This document shows positions 36,650 to 45,591 of a stretch of DNA of 64,000 nucleotides, piece by piece. Under the pieces are notes generated by a model. That model searched no databases and was not told the origin of the DNA. It was given only the letters and a program-made list of their open reading frames with translations. Both the position numbers and the translations under genes were made by a program. Where the stretch lies: the NCBI GenBank assembly GCA_035573715.1, contig DATLZZ010000022.1:3829-67828 (forward strand), read 5' to 3'. The first letter of the stretch is position 1; each line of letters starts with the position of its first letter. The DNA is from Candidatus Xenobia bacterium. GTDB lineage: Bacteria > Acidobacteriota > Terriglobia > Acidiferrales > 2-02-FULL-67-57.

Positions 36650-37108
36650 CTACTTCTTGGGCGAGAGGATGATCTCCCGTGCCAGCCGCGTGCCCATGAC
36701 TTCGCGAATCTCCAGTCGGTCCTTGTAGCCCTGCATCTGCACCTCGTCGTTGCCGATGGTGCGCTGGATGACGGCGTCTGCCTTGCCCTGATTGGCTTCC
36801 ATCGTGGCCAGGTCTTTGAACTCGGTCATCAGCATCAGGTTCCAGTCGCCGGGGGTGTGGCCTTCGGTGGCGATGACCTTGTAAGAAAGAATCAGTCCTT
36901 CGGCCTTCAGGGCTTCCTGCTCTCGTTTCCAGTCGCCGGTGAGGTAGGTCAGATAAGCGGTGTTCATGCCCGGCTTGATGCGGATGAACGCAATTTCCCA
37001 CACCGAGCCGTCGTGCCAGGGACGGCTCGTCATCTGCGCATACACCGAAACGCTGAGAAGCAGGAGAGTAGCCACAAGCAACCCCATCAACACACGTTGC
37101 CTTTGCAT
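36650..37108 (-). CDS. Secreted single-domain paralog of the 35771-36577 repeat domain
   Basis: Signal peptide. IRIKPG...AYL.Y...W..E...L.AEGL..SY resembles the neighbouring gene's repeats. Confidence 0.6.
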   Translation of the reverse strand: MQRQRVLMGLLVATLLLLSVSVYAQMTSRPWHDGSVWEIAFIRIKPGMNTAYLTYLTGDWKREQEALKAEGLILSYKVIATEGHTPGDWNLMLMTEFKDLATMEANQGKADAVIQRTIGNDEVQMQGYKDRLEIREVMGTRLAREIILSPKK

Positions 37109-37191
37109 CGAATCGTACCTCTCGTTTTTGGATTTATTGGAAGCTCGCGGAGTCTAGCGGCAGTTCACTGGGGCGTCAAGAGGCGCCTGCC

Positions 37192-37539
37192 CTACGACAG
37201 GCTGGCGAGGGCCGCCTGCTCGTCGGTGTGGGTCTCGAGGAAGTTGGAGAGCCGCGTCCAGCCGAGCGCGATGCGGACGTGCCCGGTGGGGTTGAGCAGC
37301 CGCAGCGCGCCGCCCTTCTGCGTAATGGTGGAGTGGCAGGCGGCCAGACACCCGAAGCCGGTGCTGTCAATCGCCGTCAGCTTCTCCAGATTGAAGATGA
37401 ACTTCCTGCGGTTGGCGGCCAGGAGCTGGTTCACCTGATTGCGCAACTCATCGGCGCCGGTGTGCAGGAGCTTGCCCTCGAGGTCGAGGATAACAACCTC
37501 GCCGGCTTCGCGCTGCTTACTTTGGAAGTTATTCGGCAT
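37192..37539 (-). CDS. STAS-domain anti-sigma-factor antagonist (SpoIIAA/RsbV-like)
   Basis: L.G.L......L........F.....L..IDSTGFG.L motif with a phosphorylatable Ser. 115 aa. Confidence 0.8.
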   Translation of the reverse strand: MPNNFQSKQREAGEVVILDLEGKLLHTGADELRNQVNQLLAANRRKFIFNLEKLTAIDSTGFGCLAACHSTITQKGGALRLLNPTGHVRIALGWTRLSNFLETHTDEQAALASLS

Positions 37540-37613
37540 CTCGGGCAGCCCCTATCTTGCCCGCGCGCGACCCGGAATGCAAGCCCGAACTCCTTGCCGG
37601 GTGCGCGCGAGCG

Positions 37614-37622
37614 TGATATTTT
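37614..37622 (+). promoter_or_regulatory. Extended -10-like TGATATTTT only 9 nt before the ATG at 37632 (would give a leaderless or near-leaderless mRNA)
   Basis: Read by eye. Confidence 0.3.
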
Positions 37623-37631
37623 CTGCGGGCG

Positions 37632-38867
37632 ATGGTGGGGCGCTGCTTCCATGTTCTCGAGTGCCTGGGCCTCCTGCTGGTCACGGCCCCGGCGGCCTTG
37701 GGGCAGGGAATCGGTTTGCCGACCCGCAGCGGCCATTGGATTGACCACCTCGAACCCACCAGCTTCGCCCAGCGCAACGACGTCGCCCCGCTGGCGGTCT
37801 TCGGCACAGGGTTCATCAACCCTACCAGTTGTCCCGCCCGGGTCGAGCTCCAAAACCTTGCCCAAGGAACCGTGTCGGCCCTGCCCGCTGATATTGAGAG
37901 CGCCACCAAAATTACGGCTGTGATACCTGCCGCTATCGCCAGCACTCCCGGCGTCTACGCAGTCACGGTGAGGTTCTACACCGCTTGCGGCTACGGTGTA
38001 ATCGAGGAGTCGCGGCTCTCCAACGCCGCGCGGCTGGAGATTATCCGCACCGACTACTCCGCGCCGGAGACAACCATCGTCCTGGCGCCTTCGGGCTCCG
38101 CCTCCGGCAGCGCCGTGTTTGAATTTTCCGGCAGCGACGATTTCACCCTACCCGACCGGCTCACCTTTCAGTGCCGGCTGGATGGCGAAGCGCCGTTTGC
38201 TTGTTCTCGCCGGGCTGAGTTCGGCAACCTGGCAACGGGGAGACACACTCTGGAAGCGCGCGCCCTTGACCAGGCGGGCAACCTGGACACATCGCCTGCG
38301 ACTCATTCCTGGGACGTCTGGAGTGGAGTGACCGACACGGCCATCACCTCCGGGCCGGCCAACAACAGCTCCACCCGGGAGACCTCCGCCACCTTCACCT
38401 TCACCGGCAGCGACGACCAGACGCCGCCGGAACGGCTGAGCTTCGAGTGCAGCCTCGACACCATCAACTTTACGCCCTGCTCCAGCCCACAGACCTACAC
38501 CAACCTGACCAGCCTGGGGCATCTCTTCCGGGTGCGCTCGAAGGACGAGCACGGCAACGTTGACGCCACGCCGGCCTCAGTGGTTTGGTACGTCGACGTG
38601 GTGGCACCGGACACGCAAATTCAAGGGGGCCCGGCGGGGCGCGAGACCCGCACCACCGCAACCCTGGTCTTCACCTCGACCGATAACTTCAACCTTTCGA
38701 TAACCTACGAGTGCAAGCTAGATGACGGCCCTTACGAACCCTGCACCAGCCCCAAGGTCTATAAGGGTTTGGGCACCGGCTCGCACACCTTCTGGGTGCG
38801 CGCCCGCGATGCTGCCGGTAATGTGGATGAATCGCCGGCGGCGCGCACCTGGACCATCGGTCGCTAG
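37632..38867 (+). CDS. Secreted protein with an N-terminal Ig-like region and three tandem Cys-pair repeats of about 90 aa
   Basis: Repeat F.(F/S)(S/T).D......L.F.C.LD.....C.SP..Y..L..G.H.F.VRA.D..GN.D..PA...W occurs three times. Confidence 0.7.
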   Translation: MVGRCFHVLECLGLLLVTAPAALGQGIGLPTRSGHWIDHLEPTSFAQRNDVAPLAVFGTGFINPTSCPARVELQNLAQGTVSALPADIESATKITAVIPAAIASTPGVYAVTVRFYTACGYGVIEESRLSNAARLEIIRTDYSAPETTIVLAPSGSASGSAVFEFSGSDDFTLPDRLTFQCRLDGEAPFACSRRAEFGNLATGRHTLEARALDQAGNLDTSPATHSWDVWSGVTDTAITSGPANNSSTRETSATFTFTGSDDQTPPERLSFECSLDTINFTPCSSPQTYTNLTSLGHLFRVRSKDEHGNVDATPASVVWYVDVVAPDTQIQGGPAGRETRTTATLVFTSTDNFNLSITYECKLDDGPYEPCTSPKVYKGLGTGSHTFWVRARDAAGNVDESPAARTWTIGR

Positions 38868-38957
38868 GTTACTCCCTCCACGATTCAATTCTGGCCGTTT
38901 TCCCCAGTTTTGGTCTAAGATGTGTCTTCCCCCAAGCACCCCCGTTGGAGGCTTCGA

Positions 38958-39326
38958 ATGGCTCGCAGCGCCCTGTTGGAGGAAATCCGACAACTCAAGA
39001 GCAGCCTGGAAGAGCTGGAGAGGCGTCTGTCGGAGGTAGCGGAAGGCGACCTGCCCACACCCGTACTGGAGGACTTCAAGAAGTCGGTTGACCATGTGCG
39101 GCTCACGCTGTGGGTGATAATCTCCGCCATGCATGGGAAGAAGGAAGAGATGGCGTCCACCGTGGCGCGCTTCCGGGTGCGCCGGACGAAGGACCTGTGC
39201 CAGCAACTGGTGGCCGACATCAACGCCGGCAAGACGACTTCGCGAACGCCCGAACTTCCGATGCTGCTTTCCACTCTAAAGGAAACGCATGAACGGGTGC
39301 AGCGCCTGCTCTCCACGTCTCGATAG
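38958..39326 (+). CDS. Hypothetical coiled-coil protein
   Basis: ATG lies 6 nt after GGAGG. Coding-like GC3. No family recognised. Confidence 0.5.
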   Translation: MARSALLEEIRQLKSSLEELERRLSEVAEGDLPTPVLEDFKKSVDHVRLTLWVIISAMHGKKEEMASTVARFRVRRTKDLCQQLVADINAGKTTSRTPELPMLLSTLKETHERVQRLLSTSR

Positions 39327-39385
39327 TTGACATCGGGGGAGAGCCGCGACAGGATTCCCCATCATTCACGAACAGGGAGGCAAAA

Positions 39386-42300
39386 GTGCGCAGACGCCTG
39401 GCAATCGTGACCTTCGGGCTGTTGGTGGCGCTGGCGACGGCCGGCTCGCTGGTGGCGCAGATCGACCCCGAGCTGCTGGCGGGAATGAAGGCGCGCTCCA
39501 TTGGCCCGGCGGGGATGAGCGGCCGAATCGCCGACATTGTGGCGGTCGAGTCGAATTCCAACATCATCTACGTCGGTGCCTCGACCGGCGGCGTCTGGAA
39601 GTCGGTGAACGGCGGGATAACCTGGACGCCGATTTTCGATGATCAGCCCGTCCACTCCATCGGCGCTCTGGCCGTCTTTCAAGCCAATCCAGACATCGTG
39701 TGGGTGGGCACAGGTGAAGGCAACACTCGCAACAGCGTCTCAGTGGGCAATGGCATTTACCGTTCGCTCGACGCCGGCCGGACTTGGACGCACCTCGGAC
39801 TCGCCGACACCGAGCGCATCCACCGAGTCCTCCTGCATCCGACCAATCCGGACGTCGCCTACGTGTGCGCCCCGGGCAAGCTCTGGGGCGAGAACCCCGA
39901 GCGCGGTGTCTTCAAGACCGAAGACGGTGGCAAGACTTGGAAGAAGATTCTGTACGTGAACGAAAAGACCGGCTGCGGCGACCTGGCGATGGATCCGGCC
40001 AACCCCGATAAACTTATCGCTGGAATGTGGGAGCACCGCCGCTGGCCGTGGTTCTTCCGCTCCGGGGGGCCAGGTTCAGGGATGTACGTCACGGTGGACG
40101 GCGGCATCACGTGGAAGCGCCGCACGGAAGACGACGGCCTGCCCACGGGCCACCTGGGGCGAATGGGCATCGCGTTCTTCCGCAGTGACTCGCAGATTGT
40201 TTACGCTCTGGTTGAAGCCGAAAAAAGCGCGCTGCTGCGCTCGGAGGACGGCGGCTGGACGTGGAAGAAGGTGAACGAAGAGGCCACTATCGCCCCGCGG
40301 CCGTTCTACTACGCCGATATCCGCGTCGATCCTGAGAGGCCGAATCGCATCTACAATCTCCACTCGCAAATGACGGTATCGGACGACAGCGGCAAGACCT
40401 TTCGCACCCTCATCGGCTTCAACAAGCTCCATCCTGACCACCACGCCATGTGGATCAACCCGCGCGACCCGCGGCACATCATCGAGGGCAATGACGGCGG
40501 CGTCGGCATCAGCTACGACCGCGGCGAAACCTGGCGGTTCGTCAGCAACTTGCCGCTGGCGCAGTTCTACCACGTCAATGTCGATATGAGCACGCCCTAT
40601 CGCGTCATGGGCGGCTTGCAGGACAACGGCTCCTGGTGGGGTCCGAGCTCGGTGTGGGAGAACGGCGGCATCCGCAACCAGCACTGGGAGGAAGTTGGTT
40701 TCGGCGACGGTTTCGACGTGCTCAGCGACCCGCAGGAGCCTTGGATCGGCTATTCGATGAGCCAGGAGGGCTACTTGATGCGCTGGAACGTGCGCACCGG
40801 CGAGCGCAAGGACATCCGCCCGCCGGCGCCCGATGGGGTGGGCCTGCGCTTCAACTGGAATTCGGCCCTGGCCATTGACCCCTTCGAGCCGCGCACCATC
40901 TACTACGGCAGCCAGTTCGTCCACAAGTCCACCGACCGCGGCGACACCTGGATGACCCTCAGCCCTGACCTGACCACCAACAACCCCGAGTGGCAGAAGC
41001 AGAACGACAGCGGCGGGCTGACCCCGGACGTGAGTGGGGCGGAGAACTTCACCACCATCATCAGCATTGCGCCCAGCGCAGTGGAGCGAGGCGTCATCTG
41101 GGTGGGCACCGACGACGGCCGGCTGCACGTCACTCGCGACGCCGGCAAGACTTGGACGAGCGTGGAGAAGAACGTCAAGGGCGTCCCCGAAAACACCTGG
41201 ATTCCCCACATTCGGCCGTCCCGGTTTTCCGGCGCCGCCGCCTTTGTCGTTTTCGACGACCACCGGCGCTCGAACTGGACCCCCTACGTCTTCAAGACCA
41301 CCGACTACGGCAGGACGTGGACGAGCCTGGCCAGCAAAGACATTCGCGGCTACGCGCTGGCCATCGAGCAGGATACGGTCAAAGAGGACTTGCTTTTCCT
41401 CGGCACCGAGTTCGGCCTGTACGTCAGCTTGGATGGCGGCAAGAGCTGGTTTCAGTGGAAACACGGTGTGCCGACGGCGTCGGCGATGGATTTGGCCGTG
41501 CACCCGCGCGAGTCCGACCTGGTCATCGCCACTCATGGGCGCTCGCTCTACATCCTGGATGACATCCGTCCCCTGCGCTCGCTGACTGCTGAAGTGCTGA
41601 AGGAACCGCTTCACCTGTTTGAGCCGCCCGAGGCGCAGCAGTACATGATCAAGCAGACCGGCGGCTCCCGCTTCCCGGGACAAACGGAGTTCCGCGGCGA
41701 GAACCGGCCCTACGGTGCCCTGCTCACCTATTCGCTCAACTTCGACGACCTGCCATTGCCGAGTGAAGAAAGAGAACGGGAGCGCAAGGAGCAGGAGCGC
41801 CAGGCTCGCGCGGCCGAGCAAGGCGCCGGGGAAGAAAAGAAAGACGAAAAGAAACCGCAGGTGGACATCAGCATCACCGACGCCTCGGGGAAGACGATTC
41901 GCAGCTTCAAGGGCCCCGCCGTGCGTGGCGTGAACCGCGCGGTGTGGAACTTGCGCCGCGATGCCTTCAAGGAGCCGCGCCGCGACACCGACGAGCCTTC
42001 CTTCTTCGAACCGAGCTACCTCGAAGTGCTGCCGGGGATCTACGGTGTGACGGTGAAGTACAAGGACAAGGAGGCCAAGGGAACCATCCGCGTGGTGCCC
42101 GATCCGCGCTACGACATCCCTATGGCTGACCGCGAAGCCAAGTGGGCGGCCATCGAGCGGGCCGGCGCCCTGTTGGCCAACCTCAGCGAAGCGATTGACC
42201 AACTCCGCGATGCCCGGAGTGACATTGAAGTGGCGATCAAGAAGGTCGAGGATCGCCAGAAAGACAAGAAGGGCGACGAGAAGCAGGCCAAAGAGCTGTT

Positions 42301-42619
42301 GCAGGCCGCGCGCACGCTCCAAAAATCGCTGAACCAGATGGAGAGGCGACTCTGGGTACCGCCGCGCAGCAAGGGCATCCAGCCGGATACGGACGTGATG
42401 GTCAAAGTTCGTTATGTGCTGCGCTCACTGGGTTCCTCCTGGGACAAGCCCACCGACGCGCAACTCACCTATCTGCGTCAGGCGGAAGCGGAGGCGAACA
42501 AAGTGCTGGCCGACTTCGACAACCTCTTCGCCACGGAGGTGGCCGACTTCCGCCGACGGGTGCGCGAGGCCGCCATTGAGTTGCTGCCGGAGAAGCCGGC
42601 GGAGTCCAAACAGGAGTAG
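39386..42619 (+). CDS. Large secreted Asp-box (BNR) repeat protein, sortilin/VPS10-like double propeller
   Basis: I counted 11 S.D.G.TW Asp boxes. Signal peptide. GTG start after AGGGAGG. Confidence 0.8.
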   Translation: MRRRLAIVTFGLLVALATAGSLVAQIDPELLAGMKARSIGPAGMSGRIADIVAVESNSNIIYVGASTGGVWKSVNGGITWTPIFDDQPVHSIGALAVFQANPDIVWVGTGEGNTRNSVSVGNGIYRSLDAGRTWTHLGLADTERIHRVLLHPTNPDVAYVCAPGKLWGENPERGVFKTEDGGKTWKKILYVNEKTGCGDLAMDPANPDKLIAGMWEHRRWPWFFRSGGPGSGMYVTVDGGITWKRRTEDDGLPTGHLGRMGIAFFRSDSQIVYALVEAEKSALLRSEDGGWTWKKVNEEATIAPRPFYYADIRVDPERPNRIYNLHSQMTVSDDSGKTFRTLIGFNKLHPDHHAMWINPRDPRHIIEGNDGGVGISYDRGETWRFVSNLPLAQFYHVNVDMSTPYRVMGGLQDNGSWWGPSSVWENGGIRNQHWEEVGFGDGFDVLSDPQEPWIGYSMSQEGYLMRWNVRTGERKDIRPPAPDGVGLRFNWNSALAIDPFEPRTIYYGSQFVHKSTDRGDTWMTLSPDLTTNNPEWQKQNDSGGLTPDVSGAENFTTIISIAPSAVERGVIWVGTDDGRLHVTRDAGKTWTSVEKNVKGVPENTWIPHIRPSRFSGAAAFVVFDDHRRSNWTPYVFKTTDYGRTWTSLASKDIRGYALAIEQDTVKEDLLFLGTEFGLYVSLDGGKSWFQWKHGVPTASAMDLAVHPRESDLVIATHGRSLYILDDIRPLRSLTAEVLKEPLHLFEPPEAQQYMIKQTGGSRFPGQTEFRGENRPYGALLTYSLNFDDLPLPSEERERERKEQERQARAAEQGAGEEKKDEKKPQVDISITDASGKTIRSFKGPAVRGVNRAVWNLRRDAFKEPRRDTDEPSFFEPSYLEVLPGIYGVTVKYKDKEAKGTIRVVPDPRYDIPMADREAKWAAIERAGALLANLSEAIDQLRDARSDIEVAIKKVEDRQKDKKGDEKQAKELLQAARTLQKSLNQMERRLWVPPRSKGIQPDTDVMVKVRYVLRSLGSSWDKPTDAQLTYLRQAEAEANKVLADFDNLFATEVADFRRRVREAAIELLPEKPAESKQE

Positions 42620-42680
42620 GCCGCGGCAGTTTGCTGTTTATTCTCGCGCTTGAATCGCGTATGCTTCCAGCGTCATAGGA

Positions 42681-43283
42681 ATGAGTCTCCGAACCTTCAC
42701 TTCGGAAGCGCTAGGCGACCTTCGAACCACCTCCGCTATAGTTCCCAGTTCCCGCTACCTCGCCCAGGCCATGCTGGAACCGCTGACTCTGGCGCGCGCC
42801 AAGGTGGTGGTGGAGCTCGGCCCCGGCACCGGCGCGCTGACGCAAGGTCTGCTGGCGCTGATGCCGCCCGAGGCCACCTTAGTGGCCTTCGAAGTCAACC
42901 CGCGGTTCCTGGAGTATCTCCGCCAGCGGTTTCCCGACCGGCGGCTGATCCTGGTCAACCGCAGCGCGGTGACGTTGCAGGCGGAGCTGGAGCGACGCGG
43001 CGTGACACAAGTGGATGCAGCGGTATCGTCGCTGGGCGTGACCTTCATGTCGAACGGAGCCCGGCACGCCGTATGGGGCGGCTTGGCGCGCTTTCTCACG
43101 GACGACGGCGTCTTTACTCAGTATCACTACGTGCACGGATTGCTGCCGTGGTATCAGAAGGAGAATGGGAGGCTGGTTCGTTTCCGCGCCGTGGAGCTTC
43201 TAAGCCGATACTTCCGCCAAATCGAGCGGAAGGTCGTCTGGCGCAACGTGCCTCCCGCGTTCGTCTTCATCTGCCGCAAGTAG
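42681..43283 (+). CDS. Class I SAM-dependent methyltransferase (COG3963 phospholipid N-methyltransferase-like)
   Basis: G.I.PSS..LA..M then the VVELGPGTGALT SAM motif. Confidence 0.6.
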   Translation: MSLRTFTSEALGDLRTTSAIVPSSRYLAQAMLEPLTLARAKVVVELGPGTGALTQGLLALMPPEATLVAFEVNPRFLEYLRQRFPDRRLILVNRSAVTLQAELERRGVTQVDAAVSSLGVTFMSNGARHAVWGGLARFLTDDGVFTQYHYVHGLLPWYQKENGRLVRFRAVELLSRYFRQIERKVVWRNVPPAFVFICRK

Positions 43284-43301
43284 CCTGCGAGTCTCCTGCC
43301 T

Positions 43302-43634
43302 CTACGACGCGTACAGCCGGTCAATCTTGGCGGCGAGGATGAAGTCGCTTTCGGTAAGCCCGTTGATCTTGTGTGTCCAGGTGGTGATGTCGACGCGTCC
43401 CCAGGCGAGGTAGAGGTCGGGGTGGTGTCCCTGCTGCTCGGCCAGTTCCCCGACGCGGTTGACGAAGTCGAGCGCTGTGCGGAAGTCCTTGAACCTGAAG
43501 CTGCGCTTGAGGTGGTGCTCGCCCACCACCTCCCAGTCGGGCAACTGGCGCGCCAGTGCCGCCAGCTCCTCACCCGTGAGCCCCGGCACGCCGCCGCGGC
43601 ACGGCACACAATTCTTTTCCGCCAGGTCGGTCAC
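43302..43634 (-). CDS. Pterin-4a-carbinolamine dehydratase (PCD/DCoH)
   Basis: F.F.DF..A..F...V...AE...HHPD......V.I...TH...GLT..D. GTG start overlaps the upstream TGA (GTGA). Confidence 0.85.
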   Translation of the reverse strand: MTDLAEKNCVPCRGGVPGLTGEELAALARQLPDWEVVGEHHLKRSFRFKDFRTALDFVNRVGELAEQQGHHPDLYLAWGRVDITTWTHKINGLTESDFILAAKIDRLYAS

Positions 43635-44158
43635 GGGTTCTCTTCGTATTTGAGGCCGGCCTCGCGCAGCAGGTCTTGAATTTCCTTCCACAGATCGCCG
43701 GGGAGCGGCCGGCCGCAGCCAATCTCCAGGGTCACCTCGGCGGGCACCTTACGCCCCTTCAGCTTTTCGAGCAGAGTCGCCACTGCTGCCGCGGCGTCCG
43801 CGGAAGCCCTGATCCGCAAACCGTAGACGGGAGGCGGAGGCAGGCTGACGCCCCAGAAGCCTTCATCCGGGGAGATGAGCTCCACTGCCACTGAGGTCAA
43901 GCCGTCGGCCGCCGGCCGGGCGCCGACCAGGCGGGCTTTGGCGGAGAGGCCCCGGCTGGGGAGTCGCAGTTCCAGCTCCTCCACCGGCGGTGGTGCCGAT
44001 TTCACCTGCAAGGTCGCGCCGAAGGCGCTGACCATCCCGGTCTCGGCCTTCAGCATTGCCGCTTGGCCGTCGGTCGCCGTCCAGTGGAGTTCCACCGGCA
44101 GCACGAGGAAGACGCGCTGACCGCGACGGCGTTCGGTGGCAGCCTCGGTCGCGCTCAT
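43631..44158 (-). CDS. PilZ-like domain protein (partly degenerate motifs) with a C-terminal extension
   Basis: RRxxxR (RRRGQR) followed 26 aa later by MVSAFG, which matches D/NxSxxG with the first residue replaced. Confidence 0.4.
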   Translation of the reverse strand: MSATEAATERRRGQRVFLVLPVELHWTATDGQAAMLKAETGMVSAFGATLQVKSAPPPVEELELRLPSRGLSAKARLVGARPAADGLTSVAVELISPDEGFWGVSLPPPPVYGLRIRASADAAAAVATLLEKLKGRKVPAEVTLEIGCGRPLPGDLWKEIQDLLREAGLKYEENP

Positions 44159-44162
44159 GGAG

Positions 44163-45221
44163 TTATTGAGGCAGCTTCGGTTCCTGGATGTCGTAGGGCA
44201 CGTTGAGCGCGCGCAAGAACGCTAGCAGGTCGGCGCGCTGCTGCTTGGTCAGCTTGCGAGGTTCGAGGCTGGGGTCGCCCACCGGGTTGGGGAGGCCGCC
44301 GGATAGCATCAAGTCCACCGCTTCCTCCAGCGTGGCCACGCTGCCGTTGTGGAAGTAGGGTGCCGACTCGGCAATGTCGAGCAGGGTCGGCGTCTTGAAA
44401 GCGCCTTTGTGGCGCTCGTCTTTGGTGACGTTGAAGCGGCCGAGGTCGGAGAACTCCTTCTTCTGCGCATCCCAGCCGATGCCGACAGTATGGAACTGCA
44501 GATCGGTGAGCAAGACTCCGGCGTGGCAGTTGGTGCACTTGGCGACTTCGTCGAACACTTTCCAGCCGCGCCGGGCGGCGGGGCGCAAGGCTTTCTCGTC
44601 GCCCTCGCGGAAGCGCACCCAGGCGGACTTGTTCGCTACGATGGTGCGCATGAACGCCGCCAGCGCCTTGGCGACATTGTCCGGCGTGCAGCCGCTGCCG
44701 AAGACTTCCTGGAACTGCTTGCGGTAGCCTTCCATCGCGTCCAGCTTCTTGCAGATGTCGTCCGGGCTGGGCTTGCCGTCCTTGCCGGCGGCGCCCATGT
44801 TGCCGCCCGACCAGGCGGCCTTGGCCTGGGCCTCGAGAGTCTTGGCGCGCCCGTCCCAGTAGAACTCCTTGTGGTAGCCGATGTTCCACATCGTCGGACT
44901 GGAGCGGGTGAGCTTGACGTTGTAGGCGCCGATAGCGGTGGGCAGGCCGTCGGTCAGACCCTTCTCCTTCAGGTGGCAGGAGTAGCAGGAGCGCGAGCCG
45001 TCGCCGCTGAGCCGCTTGTCGTAGTAGAGCTGCTTGCCCAGTTCGACCTTGGCCGCCGTCATCGGGTTGTCAGCTGGAATCGCCATCGCCTCGTAGCTTT
45101 TGATTTCGGGCCAGGGCGAGGCGGCCGGCTGCTGCGCGCCGGTTCGGCTTGAGGGCAACAGCAGCAGGAGCGTGGCGGTAACTACCAGAGCGAAGAGTGC
45201 AAGCCCGCGGCGGGGTTCCAT
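44163..45221 (-). CDS. Di-heme cytochrome c peroxidase (CCP/MauG family)
   Basis: Two CxxCH sites (CYSCH, CTNCH), signal peptide, PTL.....APYFHNG motif. Confidence 0.9.
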   Translation of the reverse strand: MEPRRGLALFALVVTATLLLLLPSSRTGAQQPAASPWPEIKSYEAMAIPADNPMTAAKVELGKQLYYDKRLSGDGSRSCYSCHLKEKGLTDGLPTAIGAYNVKLTRSSPTMWNIGYHKEFYWDGRAKTLEAQAKAAWSGGNMGAAGKDGKPSPDDICKKLDAMEGYRKQFQEVFGSGCTPDNVAKALAAFMRTIVANKSAWVRFREGDEKALRPAARRGWKVFDEVAKCTNCHAGVLLTDLQFHTVGIGWDAQKKEFSDLGRFNVTKDERHKGAFKTPTLLDIAESAPYFHNGSVATLEEAVDLMLSGGLPNPVGDPSLEPRKLTKQQRADLLAFLRALNVPYDIQEPKLPQ

Positions 45222-45288
45222 TGCGACCTCCTGGAGTCAGATAAGGAATCCATCCTAGACGCAGCGGTGAAACGAATGCAACGGGAAG

Positions 45289-45570
45289 TTATCGGCGGGA
45301 GTTGCCGATGAGTTTCTTGGCCCGCAACTGCTCTTCCAGTGTGGTACGCAGCTCGCTCTCCGGCATGGAGACGTAGCGGATAAAGTCGAGCCTCAACATG
45401 GCGGGCCGGTCCTCCTTCTGCACCACCACGCCGAGGTTCCGCCGCTCGGAGTCGAGGATGACTTCAATAAAGTGCAGGTCAGGATCGAGGGCAGTGAGGT
45501 GAGGCTCGAGCCGCTGGCGGATGCTGCGCTTGCGCTCCGGCGTCAGTTCCATGCCGGCGAATTGTAGCAC
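45289..45570 (-). CDS. Hypothetical protein downstream of the KimA-like gene
   Basis: ORF with coding-like GC3. No family recognised. Confidence 0.4.
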   Translation of the reverse strand: MLQFAGMELTPERKRSIRQRLEPHLTALDPDLHFIEVILDSERRNLGVVVQKEDRPAMLRLDFIRYVSMPESELRTTLEEQLRAKKLIGNSRR

Positions 45571-45591
45571 TTTCGCCGCAGCGGCGATGGC

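Noticed and set aside
40076-42322. 748-aa minus-strand ORF
   Set aside because: Antisense to the Asp-box protein, which has 11 clear Asp boxes in the plus frame.
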